Assembly (NCBI GenBank): GCA_965223265.1
Contig: OZ244999.1
Location: forward strand, 1,728,001-1,792,000
Source: Planctomycetota bacterium
GTDB taxonomy: Bacteria > Planctomycetota > UBA8108 > SXIK01
DNA: 64,000 nucleotides
Direction of reading: 5' to 3'
The notes under the pieces: model-generated
What the model was told of the DNA's origin: nothing
Database searches by the model: none
The model's input: the letters and a program-made list of their open reading frames with translations, nothing else
Shown: positions 1-9,646 of the stretch, in pieces
How the letters are laid out: the number at the start of each line of letters is the position of its first letter
Numbering within the stretch: position 1 is the stretch's first letter
Translations under genes and position numbers: made by a program

Positions 1-1
1 G

Positions 2-370
2 ATCGGACGCGCGGAGAAGAAACGTACGGAGCTTTACCATCGCGTGCGCACCTTTCTCGAGACGTACGACTATTTGATCGGTCCGGTGAGTCAGGTGCCG
101 CCGTTCTCGGTCGACGAGCCGTACGTCCGAGAGATCAACGGCGAGACGATGGAGACTTACATCGATTGGATGAAGTCGTGCTACTACATCTCTGTGACCG
201 GATTGCCGGCGATTTCGGTGCCGTGCGGCTTCACGGCCGATGGCCTACCGGTCGGGCTGCAGATCGTCGGTCGCCATCACGATGATTTCGGTGTTCTGCA
301 GCTGGCATACGCGTTCGAGAATGCCACGGCGACGTGGAAGACACGGCCTACGGTCGCCGTCGATGGATAG
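2..370 (+). CDS. Amidase signature family protein, C-terminal part (5' truncated by the window edge)
   Basis: Frame is open from position 2. The typical amidase C-terminus is present: TGLPAISVPCGFTADGLPVGLQIVGR...LQLAYAFE. Confidence 0.85.
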   Translation: MGRAEKKRTELYHRVRTFLETYDYLIGPVSQVPPFSVDEPYVREINGETMETYIDWMKSCYYISVTGLPAISVPCGFTADGLPVGLQIVGRHHDDFGVLQLAYAFENATATWKTRPTVAVDG

Positions 371-455
371 CGGAAGGCTCCATCGAACGATCGCGCGCGC
401 GTGTCCCTGCGGCTAGGTTGCGCCTCAAACGGACAACGGAGCCGGGTCTTCATGA

Positions 456-3400
456 CTACTCAAACACGATGTAGCCCGCCCGCTCCGTGCCGCGGCGGCG
501 CTCCAGATCCTGCAACTGATCCTCATCCACCGCGAGGTTGAGATGGGTCGTGGTGACCGGATTGGGGCCGTAGAGGACAGCCCATCCTCCGTTGGTTGAG
601 CCCATGCCGGCGAGGCTCACGACGGCCGACGATGCGCTGGCTATACCGCCACTAATGGCGTACGCGTACGGTGGGGCGTTGTCGACGCCGCGAATGGAGT
701 CGTCCCCGACACCGGCAGCAAAGCGTAGCGCTCCGATTTCTCCCGTCCCGGCCTCGATCACAATGTAGCCGATCGTTTCGTTTGCACGCGTCGTCCTCGG
801 GTCTTCGCCCACATGCTTACCGACGAACAATTCGGAACCGTTCGGCGCTGAATTTCGCGAGTTTCCACGACACCAAAAAACCGAGAAGCTCGCATCGTTG
901 GCTGTCATGACCTGGCCGACGACGACAGGGTTCGAATACGTGTTCGCATAGCTTCGCTGTTCGCCTTGCCAGGTCGCGTTGTGGTCGGTCGTCGTCGAAA
1001 CAAACTTCACTGCCTCCATCTTGACGCCGTCATCTCCGACCGTGTAAGCACCTTCCTCGATCACGAAGTAGTGGACAGAAATCCCGTTCACCGGAGTTGC
1101 AGCGGCGTCGACGTTGGCGAGCTTTAGCTCGAAAGAGTTTCCAGCCGCCGTGCGCACTCGTGGCAGAATCGCGACTGATGAGGGAGGCGTGACTGGGGTG
1201 CAGACAACCACCATCGACGTGTAGGTGCGGGAGAGCGTTACTGTCGTCCAAGTCTCGGTGCTGATACCGCCGACAACACCAGTCTCGGCTAGGATGCCCT
1301 CAACTGTGAGGATGCCATTCGCCGAGCCGGTGTAGTTGTTGTCGACGACGGTGGCGACAACCGTGTAGGTGCCAGGGTCGACTGGCGCGGTCGTCGAGCC
1401 GTCGTAGGTGACCACGACGGTGAGCCCGCTTGGAGTCGTCGTCGCTGTCACCACGCGCGGAGTGCCGGTGAACGGTTGGACGAGATCGTGCAGCGCCACG
1501 GCTGCAGTCGCCTTTGCGACGTCGAGGGTGCCGGAGGCGCTACCGGTGTAATTGGAGTCAGTGATCGAGACGGAAACCGCGTAGCTACCCGCCGCCGTCG
1601 GCGGTGTGGGAGAGCCGTCGTAGGTGACGGAGACGCTGAGCCCCGTCGGCGACGTGGCGACGGTGACGGGGCGCGGCGAGCCGTCGTAGACTTGGCTCAA
1701 GTTCGCCAGCACAACGCTCGCCGCGGCCGGCTGGACGACAAGGGTACCACTGCTCGAGCCAGTGAAGTCTGGGTCGATGATGGTCGCAACGACGGCGTAG
1801 CTGCCGGTATTGATCGGTGGGGTTGTCGACCCGTCGTAGGTAATCGTCATGAGAAGTCCCGGTGGTGAAGTCGTCGCCGTGACGATGCGCGGCGTCCCGT
1901 CGTAAACCTGCGAAAGCCCGCTCAGGGTGACTGTCGCGCTGCCGCCGTCAATCACGAGCGTGCCGGTGGCGGACCCGATGTAGTTGGCGTCGACTACTTC
2001 AGCGAGGACCGAGTAGGCTCCCGCGGCAGACGGCGCTTGGGTCGATCCGTCGTAGGTCAACGACACGGCGAGTCCTGGTGGTGAAGTCGTCGCCGTGACC
2101 GGCTTCGGCTCACCATCGAACGTTTGGCTGAGATCGGCGAGTGTGACCGTTGCCGTGGCCGGCTCGATCGTCAGCGTTGCGGTCGCGGAGCCTTGGTGGT
2201 CAGGATCGTTGATGGTCGCGACGACCGAATAGACACCGACGTCGGTGGGCGGCAAGGGGCTGCCGTTGTACGTGATGTCGACCGCTAGTCCGGGCGGGCT
2301 GGTGGTCGCGCTCATGCTGACGGGCTGGCCGCTGTAGACGACCGTCAGGTCATCGATTGACACGGTCGCAGACGAACTGGCGTGGAAGAGCGCGCTGTCG
2401 GGAATGAGAGTTTTTGCTATGCCGTCACTCTCGTAGCGCACTTCGAGAACCTGACCTCCGCCGCGCTCGAAGAAAGTAACGGTGATGGCATGGAGTCCAG
2501 CTTGCAGGCCGATCTGTCCTGAGCGCTCGCGGGGCGAATGGACGAGGTCGTTGTCGACGACCAGCTCGTCACCGATGAAGAGCTGGCTGCCATCGTCGGA
2601 TGTTGTGTAGAACGTGTAGTGAGCGGTTTCTGGGACTTCGATGAAGCCCTCAAAGCGAAACAAGAACTCATCGTCTTGAATGCGCGGTGAGAGGCTGAAG
2701 TTACTCCTGAGGCCGACGTCAACTGGCGTCAGGGTGTCGAAGTCGGGAAGCGCGCTGAAAAAGCCCAAGAACTGTTCGTACCTGAGCTGCGGCGCAGTAT
2801 TCGACGGATTCTCTGGGGCGCGGAACTCTTCCGCCGCCGTGACGGTGAGCGTACCGGTCGCCGAGCCGACATAGTTCGGTTCGATGACAGTGGCGACGAC
2901 GGCGTAGCTACCAACGGCAGATGGAGGCTGAGTGGATCCGTCGTAGGTGAGCGAAACAGCGAGTCCGGCGGGCGAAGTCGTCGCTGTGACCGGCTTCGGC
3001 GCACCGTCGAACGATTGGCTGAGATCGGCAAGTGTGACCGTTGCCGTCGCTGGCTCGATCGTCAGCGTCGCTGCTGCGGTGCCCTGGTAGTCAGGATCGT
3101 TGATGGTCGCGACGACCGAATAGACACCGGCGTCGGTCGGCGGCAGGGAGCTGCCGTTGTATGTGATGTCGACCGCTAATCCTGGCGGATCGGTGGTTGC
3201 GCTCATGCTGACGGGCTGGCCGCTGTAGACGACCGTCAGGTCATCGATTGACACGGTCGCAGACGAACTGGCGTGGAAGAGCGCGCTGTCGGGAATGAGA
3301 GTTTTTGCTATGCCGTCACTCTCGTAGCGCACTTCGAGAACCTGACCTCCGCCGCGCTCGAAGAAAGTAACGGTGATGGCATGGAGTCCAGCTTGCAGGC

Positions 3401-6400
3401 CGATTTGGCCTGAGCGCTCGCGGGGCGAATGGACGAGGTCGTTGTCGACGACCAGCTCGTCACCGATGAAGAGCTGGCTGCCATCGTCGGATGTTGTGTA
3501 GAACGTGTAGTGAGCGGTTTCTGGGACCTCGATGAAGCCCTCAAAGCGAAACAAGAATTCATCGTCTTGAATGCGCGGTGAGAGGCTGAAGTTACCCCTG
3601 AGACCGACGTCAACTGGCGTCAGGGTGTCGAAGTCGGGAAGCGCGCTGAAAAAGCCCAGGAACTGTTCGTACCTGAGCTGCGGCGCAGCATTCGACGGAT
3701 TCTCTGGAGCGCGGAACTCTTCCGCCGCCGTGACGGTGAGCGTGCCGGTCGCCGAGCCGGCGTAGTTCGGATCGGTGACCGTGGCGGCGACGGCGTAGGA
3801 TCCGACGTCGATCGGCGCGGTCGTCGAGCCGTCGTAAGTGATCGACACCGCCAGGCCGCTTGGAGCGGTGGTTGCTGTGACCACGCGCGGCGTGCCTGTG
3901 AAAGTCTGAGTGAGATTGTGCAAGGTCACGGTTGCGGTCGCCTGCGCAACGTTGAGCGTGCCTGCAGCGCTGCCTGTGTAGTTGGAATCGGTGATCGCTG
4001 CGGCGACCGCGTAACTGCCAGCAGCAGTAGGGGGTGTCGACGAGCCGTCGTAGGTGACCGATACACTGAGACCGGATGGTGACGTCGATGCAGCGACGAT
4101 CCGGGGAGAGCCGTCGTAGACTTGGTTCAAGTTCGTCAGACTCACGATTGCGGCGGCCGGCTGGACGACGAGCGTGCCGCTCGTCGATCCGATGTATCCG
4201 GCCTCGATGATCGTCGCGACGACAGTATAGCTGCCGGAGTTCGTCGGCGGCGTCGATGAACCGTCATAGGTGATGTCGACAGCGAGTCCAGGCGGGGAGG
4301 TGGTCGCAGTGACGACGCGGGGCGTGCCATCATACACCTGCGACAAACCACTCAGGGTGACCGTCGCGTTGCCGTCTTCGATCACGAGTGTTCCAGACGT
4401 CGATCCGGTGTAGTTGGTCTCTATGACTTCGGCCAGGACCGAGTAGGAGCCGGGGGCTGACGGAACTTGAGATACCCCGTCATAAGTCACGGAAACGACC
4501 AAGTCAGGCGGCGATGTCGTCACGGTGACCGGCTTGGGTGCACCGTCGAACGTTTGAGTGAGGTTTCCGAGTGTGACGGTAGCGAGGGCCTGCTCGATCG
4601 TCAGGATCGCTGTTGCCACGCCGTAGTAGTCGGGATCATTCACTGTCGCGACGACGGAGTAGACTCCTGCGTCGGTCGGCGCGGAAGTGCTTCCGTCGTA
4701 GGTGATGTCGACCGCGAGCCCTGGCGGATCTGTGGTTGCGCTCATGCTGACGGGCTGGCCATCGTAGACCACGGTGAGGTCATCCAGAAACACAGTCGCC
4801 GGAAGATTCGAATGGAACAACGCCGCGTCGGGAACGAGTGTCTTCGCCAGATTCGCGCTTTCGTACAGTACATCGAGTCTTTCGCCCCCGGTGCGCTCGA
4901 AGAACGTGACGGTGATGGAGTGGAGCCCCGCCTCCAGGCCGATCTGTCCTGAGCTCTCACGTGGGGAGTGAAGCAGGTCGTTGTCGACCACAAGCTGGTC
5001 ACCTATGAAGAGCTGGCTGCCGTCGTCGGAGAGCGTGTAAAACGTGTATTCCGCCGTCTCGGGGATGTCGATGAAGCCGCGGAATCGAAACGCGAAAAGA
5101 TCGTCTTGGAGCCTCGGGGCAATCGCAAAGTTGCTCCGAATCCCTACTTCGGCAGGCGTTTCCGCGTCGAAGTCTGGTAGCGCAGTGAACTCTCCCAGGA
5201 ACTGCTCGTATTCGACTCCAGGAGTCGTGTTCGAGGGATTGTCGGGAGCGCGAAAGTTCGTCACTTCAAACGTCGCCGAGGCTGCTGTGCTGTCCGCGAA
5301 TCCCGCTTTCGTTGCGAAGGCGGTGACGGTAGCGCTGGAAGTGAGCGTGAACGCGCCAGTGTAGGGAGTGGACGCGGTCGTCGGCGCCGTTCCATCGAGG
5401 GTGTAAAACATCGATACGCCGGGCTCGGCGTGGGACAGTGAAACGTCGACGAAACTATCAAAGTTTCCACCGGCGGGGATGATGTCCGGCGGCGCGAGCG
5501 GGGGCAGACCGCCGAGGCTGTTGATCCACGCCTCCAACGTTGAGATCCACTCTTGATGAATCGTGTTTTTCGCCAGTGGCGGCATCTTGATCGCGGGATC
5601 GAGACTGTCGTCACGCACGTGGAGAATCGAGCGTGCGACATCTGACGGACGGACGACCGCAGCACCAGAGATGCCGAGATCGTTTCCGACGGGACCGTCG
5701 ATGATACCTTGTTCTGCGAGCGGGGTGTCGTAGCGGGCGTCGAAGAATCCCTGCACTTGACCCGGCCTGTGACAATGTCCGCAGTTGGCATCGAGATAGG
5801 ACCGAACGCGGTCTTCCAGTGTTGCTGCGGTGTCGCCTAGCGATACGACACTGAGATACGTGGGGATGGCAGCCTCGCTCAGTGCAGGATCGAAAAGGCC
5901 AATGTGGTTCCACGATCGCAGCTGATTGTCCGTGACACCGGTCGCGGAGTAGTGGAGATCATTGTTCAACTGGCGTGTGTTGACGCCCAGAACGAAATTG
6001 GCGCTGGCGTTGTGGCATGTTAGGCAATCGGACGCACTAGGATAGGACCATCGGTCAATGCGAGATCCGGACGCAGTCGTAACTGTGATGTCCTCTTCGC
6101 GCCCATCGAGCAGCAGATCAGCCTCGAGTTGATCGGCGCGCCACTTGTACGTTACGCCATAAACTGTTCCGTCGTTCTTCACGACGACAAGGCGCGTCTC
6201 GAGACGGGTGGTGGATCCGGTGACCTCGTCGTCGACGAGTTCGAAGTGTTTGACGAAAACGGTCCCGGCCGGGAAGTCCCACTCGCCGGTCTCTCGGAAC
6301 ACGATCTGTTCGTCCTCGGGAGCCCCAGCTCCAGTGTTCGGGATCGCGACCCAGCGGCTCTTGAGAGCGCGATCGGAATAGAGCGGAGACCCGACGCCGT

Positions 6401-7907
6401 ACGGGATCAAATCGGCAACAGGGATCAAGTTCGCGACGTCGGCGAACGCGCCAGTTTGAGACAGAACCGGCGGCACGGGGGACCCTGTCGATCCGTCTCG
6501 CGTGAGCTTGTAGATGAGGCCTGGATTCGTGTGCCCCATCTTGCAGAAATAGAGTTCCCCGTCTTTGTCGACTCCGATACTGGAGAGTCCTGTGTAGTTG
6601 CTGCCGCTGGGCATCTCACAGAGGAATGACACGGCTGGAGGATTGGCCGACAGATCCATCGCCCAAATTCTTCCGACTGTGTTGTCGCCGAAGATGTACT
6701 GACCATAGAGATCCGGAAACGCGCTGCCGCGATAAATGTGACCGCCGATCACGCAGTTACCGTTGAACGGAAACGCAGTGCCATGCGGGTACTCGTAGAT
6801 CGGTGGAGCTTCCGTGCCGAAGATGCTTGCAGGACGAGACCTCGGTCCGTCGTGAAACCCTTCTTTGTATGGCCACTGAAAGTTGCTGCCTGGCTCGACA
6901 ATATTGACTTCTTCCCACCTCTGTTGCCCGACTTCGCCGAGCAGAATCTGATCGGTGATCGCGTCGTGGGTCATGCGGTGTGGGCTCCGAAGGCCAAGGG
7001 CATAGAACTCCTCTAAAACGCCGCCACCGGGATCTTGCCAAGGATTGTCGTTCGGAATGTAGTAGTTCTGCGTGAACGAAGGGCGGTCTGCGAAGCTGAG
7101 GGGTTGGCGACGAATCGGATGGCTGATGCTTCCTCCGCGCATGTCGACATCGATGCGAAACACGCCGGCAAAGAGCTTACCGTCAATCCTTTGGGCGTTC
7201 GCAAACGTGTCATTCGATCCACCTTCGTCGCCCATCGTGAAATAGAGAAACCCATCGACTGGATGAAAGAACATCGCTGCGCCGAGATGCCAGAGGTTGC
7301 GATCGTGCTGCTCAACGAGCACAAGCTCGGTCGCAGGGTTGGCAACGAACGAACCGTCGGGCACTGTGAAACGCGACAGTCGGTTGAACGTCGGCGTTGT
7401 CGCTGGTGGCCGACTCGGCCCCGGCACCGGGCTGTCGGTGTACTGGTAGATGATGTAGAAGTACCCACGATTGGGAGATCCCGCCGTGCCGAACTGCGGG
7501 TGAAACGCCATGCCGAGAAGGCCGCAATCATCCCAGCCCTGGGTCTGAGCGCTAATATCGAGGACCAACGTCTTGGTGCTGGTTCCCGGATCGTTCTGAA
7601 ACGAGTAGATGCGTCCCTCGCGTTCCAAAACATAGAGCTGGTTCGTCCCGGGGGCGTGCGTGAGGAACGTCGGATTGGGGACGGTAAGATTCGGAAACGC
7701 GAGTTCGACCATAAACTCGCCGTTAGGCGTCGGCAGTTCGGTCGGCATGTTCAGGAACGGCGGCGCGGCTGGGCGTGATTCCAAGCCGTAAGGCTGCGCA
7801 TGCACGGCGCTGAATGGCAACCACGCCAGCGCGAGACAGGTTGCCAAGCGACAATCGAAAGACAATGCCACACAACCCCTACCTGCCAGAGCATGCAGAG
7901 CTGCCAT
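456..7907 (-). CDS. Giant secreted multidomain protein: glucose/sorbosone (PQQ-type) dehydrogenase propeller + diheme cytochrome c region + chitobiase/Fn3-associated domain + 3 PA14 + 12 MBG/YDG-like repeats + C-terminal beta domain
   Basis: GSDH motifs (LLGMAFHPQF, LYFTMGDEGG, YALGLRSPHR). CxxCH motifs CLTCH and CGHCH. YTLDGTAPT. PA14 motif SDDGSQLFIG occurs 3 times. There are 12 ~70-aa units containing YDG/YNG. Start placed at ATG 7907 (GAGGAAG RBS, then a signal peptide ending AVHA-Q). The ORF track extends to 8015. Confidence 0.85.
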   Translation of the reverse strand: MAALHALAGRGCVALSFDCRLATCLALAWLPFSAVHAQPYGLESRPAAPPFLNMPTELPTPNGEFMVELAFPNLTVPNPTFLTHAPGTNQLYVLEREGRIYSFQNDPGTSTKTLVLDISAQTQGWDDCGLLGMAFHPQFGTAGSPNRGYFYIIYQYTDSPVPGPSRPPATTPTFNRLSRFTVPDGSFVANPATELVLVEQHDRNLWHLGAAMFFHPVDGFLYFTMGDEGGSNDTFANAQRIDGKLFAGVFRIDVDMRGGSISHPIRRQPLSFADRPSFTQNYYIPNDNPWQDPGGGVLEEFYALGLRSPHRMTHDAITDQILLGEVGQQRWEEVNIVEPGSNFQWPYKEGFHDGPRSRPASIFGTEAPPIYEYPHGTAFPFNGNCVIGGHIYRGSAFPDLYGQYIFGDNTVGRIWAMDLSANPPAVSFLCEMPSGSNYTGLSSIGVDKDGELYFCKMGHTNPGLIYKLTRDGSTGSPVPPVLSQTGAFADVANLIPVADLIPYGVGSPLYSDRALKSRWVAIPNTGAGAPEDEQIVFRETGEWDFPAGTVFVKHFELVDDEVTGSTTRLETRLVVVKNDGTVYGVTYKWRADQLEADLLLDGREEDITVTTASGSRIDRWSYPSASDCLTCHNASANFVLGVNTRQLNNDLHYSATGVTDNQLRSWNHIGLFDPALSEAAIPTYLSVVSLGDTAATLEDRVRSYLDANCGHCHRPGQVQGFFDARYDTPLAEQGIIDGPVGNDLGISGAAVVRPSDVARSILHVRDDSLDPAIKMPPLAKNTIHQEWISTLEAWINSLGGLPPLAPPDIIPAGGNFDSFVDVSLSHAEPGVSMFYTLDGTAPTTASTPYTGAFTLTSSATVTAFATKAGFADSTAASATFEVTNFRAPDNPSNTTPGVEYEQFLGEFTALPDFDAETPAEVGIRSNFAIAPRLQDDLFAFRFRGFIDIPETAEYTFYTLSDDGSQLFIGDQLVVDNDLLHSPRESSGQIGLEAGLHSITVTFFERTGGERLDVLYESANLAKTLVPDAALFHSNLPATVFLDDLTVVYDGQPVSMSATTDPPGLAVDITYDGSTSAPTDAGVYSVVATVNDPDYYGVATAILTIEQALATVTLGNLTQTFDGAPKPVTVTTSPPDLVVSVTYDGVSQVPSAPGSYSVLAEVIETNYTGSTSGTLVIEDGNATVTLSGLSQVYDGTPRVVTATTSPPGLAVDITYDGSSTPPTNSGSYTVVATIIEAGYIGSTSGTLVVQPAAAIVSLTNLNQVYDGSPRIVAASTSPSGLSVSVTYDGSSTPPTAAGSYAVAAAITDSNYTGSAAGTLNVAQATATVTLHNLTQTFTGTPRVVTATTAPSGLAVSITYDGSTTAPIDVGSYAVAATVTDPNYAGSATGTLTVTAAEEFRAPENPSNAAPQLRYEQFLGFFSALPDFDTLTPVDVGLRGNFSLSPRIQDDEFLFRFEGFIEVPETAHYTFYTTSDDGSQLFIGDELVVDNDLVHSPRERSGQIGLQAGLHAITVTFFERGGGQVLEVRYESDGIAKTLIPDSALFHASSSATVSIDDLTVVYSGQPVSMSATTDPPGLAVDITYNGSSLPPTDAGVYSVVATINDPDYQGTAAATLTIEPATATVTLADLSQSFDGAPKPVTATTSPAGLAVSLTYDGSTQPPSAVGSYAVVATVIEPNYVGSATGTLTVTAAEEFRAPENPSNTAPQLRYEQFLGFFSALPDFDTLTPVDVGLRSNFSLSPRIQDDEFLFRFEGFIEVPETAHYTFYTTSDDGSQLFIGDELVVDNDLVHSPRERSGQIGLQAGLHAITVTFFERGGGQVLEVRYESDGIAKTLIPDSALFHASSSATVSIDDLTVVYSGQPVSMSATTSPPGLAVDITYNGSPLPPTDVGVYSVVATINDPDHQGSATATLTIEPATATVTLADLSQTFDGEPKPVTATTSPPGLAVSLTYDGSTQAPSAAGAYSVLAEVVDANYIGSATGTLVIDGGSATVTLSGLSQVYDGTPRIVTATTSPPGLLMTITYDGSTTPPINTGSYAVVATIIDPDFTGSSSGTLVVQPAAASVVLANLSQVYDGSPRPVTVATSPTGLSVSVTYDGSPTPPTAAGSYAVSVSITDSNYTGSASGTLDVAKATAAVALHDLVQPFTGTPRVVTATTTPSGLTVVVTYDGSTTAPVDPGTYTVVATVVDNNYTGSANGILTVEGILAETGVVGGISTETWTTVTLSRTYTSMVVVCTPVTPPSSVAILPRVRTAAGNSFELKLANVDAAATPVNGISVHYFVIEEGAYTVGDDGVKMEAVKFVSTTTDHNATWQGEQRSYANTYSNPVVVGQVMTANDASFSVFWCRGNSRNSAPNGSELFVGKHVGEDPRTTRANETIGYIVIEAGTGEIGALRFAAGVGDDSIRGVDNAPPYAYAISGGIASASSAVVSLAGMGSTNGGWAVLYGPNPVTTTHLNLAVDEDQLQDLERRRGTERAGYIVFE
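2040..3757. repeat. Intragenic tandem duplication with an 891-bp (297-codon) period, covering PA14 plus two MBG-like units
   Basis: Segments ~2305-2866 and ~3196-3757 are near-identical at DNA level (roughly ten substitutions by eye). Shadow ORFs 2417..2722 and 3308..3613 are offset by exactly 891. Outer boundaries are approximate. Confidence 0.9.
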
Positions 7908-8144
7908 GAAAAACTTCCTCGTTCGTGGATGGCAAACATCGCGACACGCGTGGGCGTGTCGCGGCGTACGCTCAACCGTCCACGTGGTCGTCAAAGCAGC
8001 CCGCCGAAGACCCAAACGCCGTGCATGTTACCCAGGCGACTGGGTCACGAGAAGGAGAATGTGCACCGACGTCGGGGCTCAGCCTCACCGCAGCGCAAAG
8101 GTACGCGTTCTGTTCGGCGACGTTCCAGCGCTGAGCTCGTAAGT

Positions 8145-9434
8145 CTAGCGCGATGGGCTGACCGGCGGTTCTCCAGGTGCGTGCCTCCAGTCGGTGGCAC
8201 GGTATGAGATGTCCAGCTCCGGAGTTTCGATACGCTTGCCGTCAGTCGCCAGGCTCTGCATAGCAGCATTGATCGCGCCGGTAGTGAGAACCGTTCGCTC
8301 GACTGGGTACGCAGGTTTGCCAGTATGCGCCATGTGATCGATCGCCTTCACGAGCCATTCAAAATGGCGGAAGGGTGCACTGTAGTGTAGGGCGAATCGC
8401 GCCGCTTTTGGGGTTTCGTCACCTTTGAGGTTGCAACCGAACGAGAACTTCGTGACGACGCCGCCCAGCATCGCGACGCAGGCTTTGAATCCATCCCGGT
8501 AGTCGATGAGGTAGAACGGACGGGTTTTGTGACTGATCAGACTGCGCCAATCGCCCGACAGCTCATAGCCCTGCGTTTCAAGAGCCGCAGCCAGAACCGG
8601 CTCGCTCCAGTAGCCTTGCTTTTCAGCCTCCAACACCGCCGCGCCTCGCGCTGCACGCACCGCCGCGATTCCAGATTCACCGCCGCGGCGTCGCTCGACC
8701 ATGCACTGGAGAGCCTCCAGTGCGTGAAAACCGTATGATTCGTTGCCGCCGAATCCGATAGCGATCGCGCTGGCGAGCTCGCTTCCGATCGGCAGCTCGA
8801 GCGTGGGGACGCGCCACGCTACCGGCAGCGACGATCCGGCCATGAACGGGATATCGAGCTTTCTCGCGGTACGGTACATCTCGAGAGCTTCGTCGGTGCG
8901 ATAAGAGAGATGCTTGTCATTGAACACTGGGACGATCTTGCCGCCGCGTGTGAGCGCACGAATGATTTCGTCGAAGAACCTCTTGCGTGGGTACATGCGC
9001 TGGCCGGTCGTCGGGTGAGCTGGGTAATCGCCGTGCTCGCCAATCGACAGGACAGCGGCTACACCGACGCTCTTGCCGCCAAGGGTGACGGCCTCGTCGA
9101 TGGTTCGTGCGAGGCGAAACCCATGCTTCGTGGCTAAGCCCCGCGCCATGTCGTTCTCGGCGAACTGATCGACGTAGAGTGAAACCAACTCGAGATCAGG
9201 TCCGGGCCCGCCGTCTTGCGCGAAACCTTCGAGGATCTTCCCGAGGATGACGTCGGCGTGGGAGGATTTTCGGTACACTGTGGCCACACCGGCCACCGGT
9301 AGGGTTGGGCGTCCGCGGCGAGTCGCTGCGTCCAGGACGAGAAACGGCGATAGGGCGCTACCCGCCGTGACACTCAGAGATCGTTTGAGGAACGCTCGTC
9401 GGGTCTGTCGTTCGGTGTGGCGGTCGGTGTGCAT
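8145..9434 (-). CDS. Tat-exported conserved protein, Gfo/Idh/MocA-like oxidoreductase fold
   Basis: Tat motif TRRAFLK. Motifs AVLSIGEHGDYP, PVFNDKHL, MAGSSLP and YGFHALE are typical of this planctomycete-abundant family. Start moved to ATG 9434 from the ORF start at 9608. Confidence 0.65.
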   Translation of the reverse strand: MHTDRHTERQTRRAFLKRSLSVTAGSALSPFLVLDAATRRGRPTLPVAGVATVYRKSSHADVILGKILEGFAQDGGPGPDLELVSLYVDQFAENDMARGLATKHGFRLARTIDEAVTLGGKSVGVAAVLSIGEHGDYPAHPTTGQRMYPRKRFFDEIIRALTRGGKIVPVFNDKHLSYRTDEALEMYRTARKLDIPFMAGSSLPVAWRVPTLELPIGSELASAIAIGFGGNESYGFHALEALQCMVERRRGGESGIAAVRAARGAAVLEAEKQGYWSEPVLAAALETQGYELSGDWRSLISHKTRPFYLIDYRDGFKACVAMLGGVVTKFSFGCNLKGDETPKAARFALHYSAPFRHFEWLVKAIDHMAHTGKPAYPVERTVLTTGAINAAMQSLATDGKRIETPELDISYRATDWRHAPGEPPVSPSR

Positions 9435-9646
9435 TTTGGAGTCGACGCTGTTTGAGGGGCGGTTGCAGTCCTGCGGCATTGTAGGGTCGTCAGGAGCTCC
9501 GGTCAGTAGGTTTTTCGGCGGCGGAACCTTGAGCTCAGCTGCGATGCTCGTTGGACTTGGTGCGCGCCGTTTTGGTACAGTGAGGCGCAGCGCGATGAGG
9601 TGCAGCAAACCTCATCTTCTTGAGCGTTCACTGTAGAGGTAGTCGA

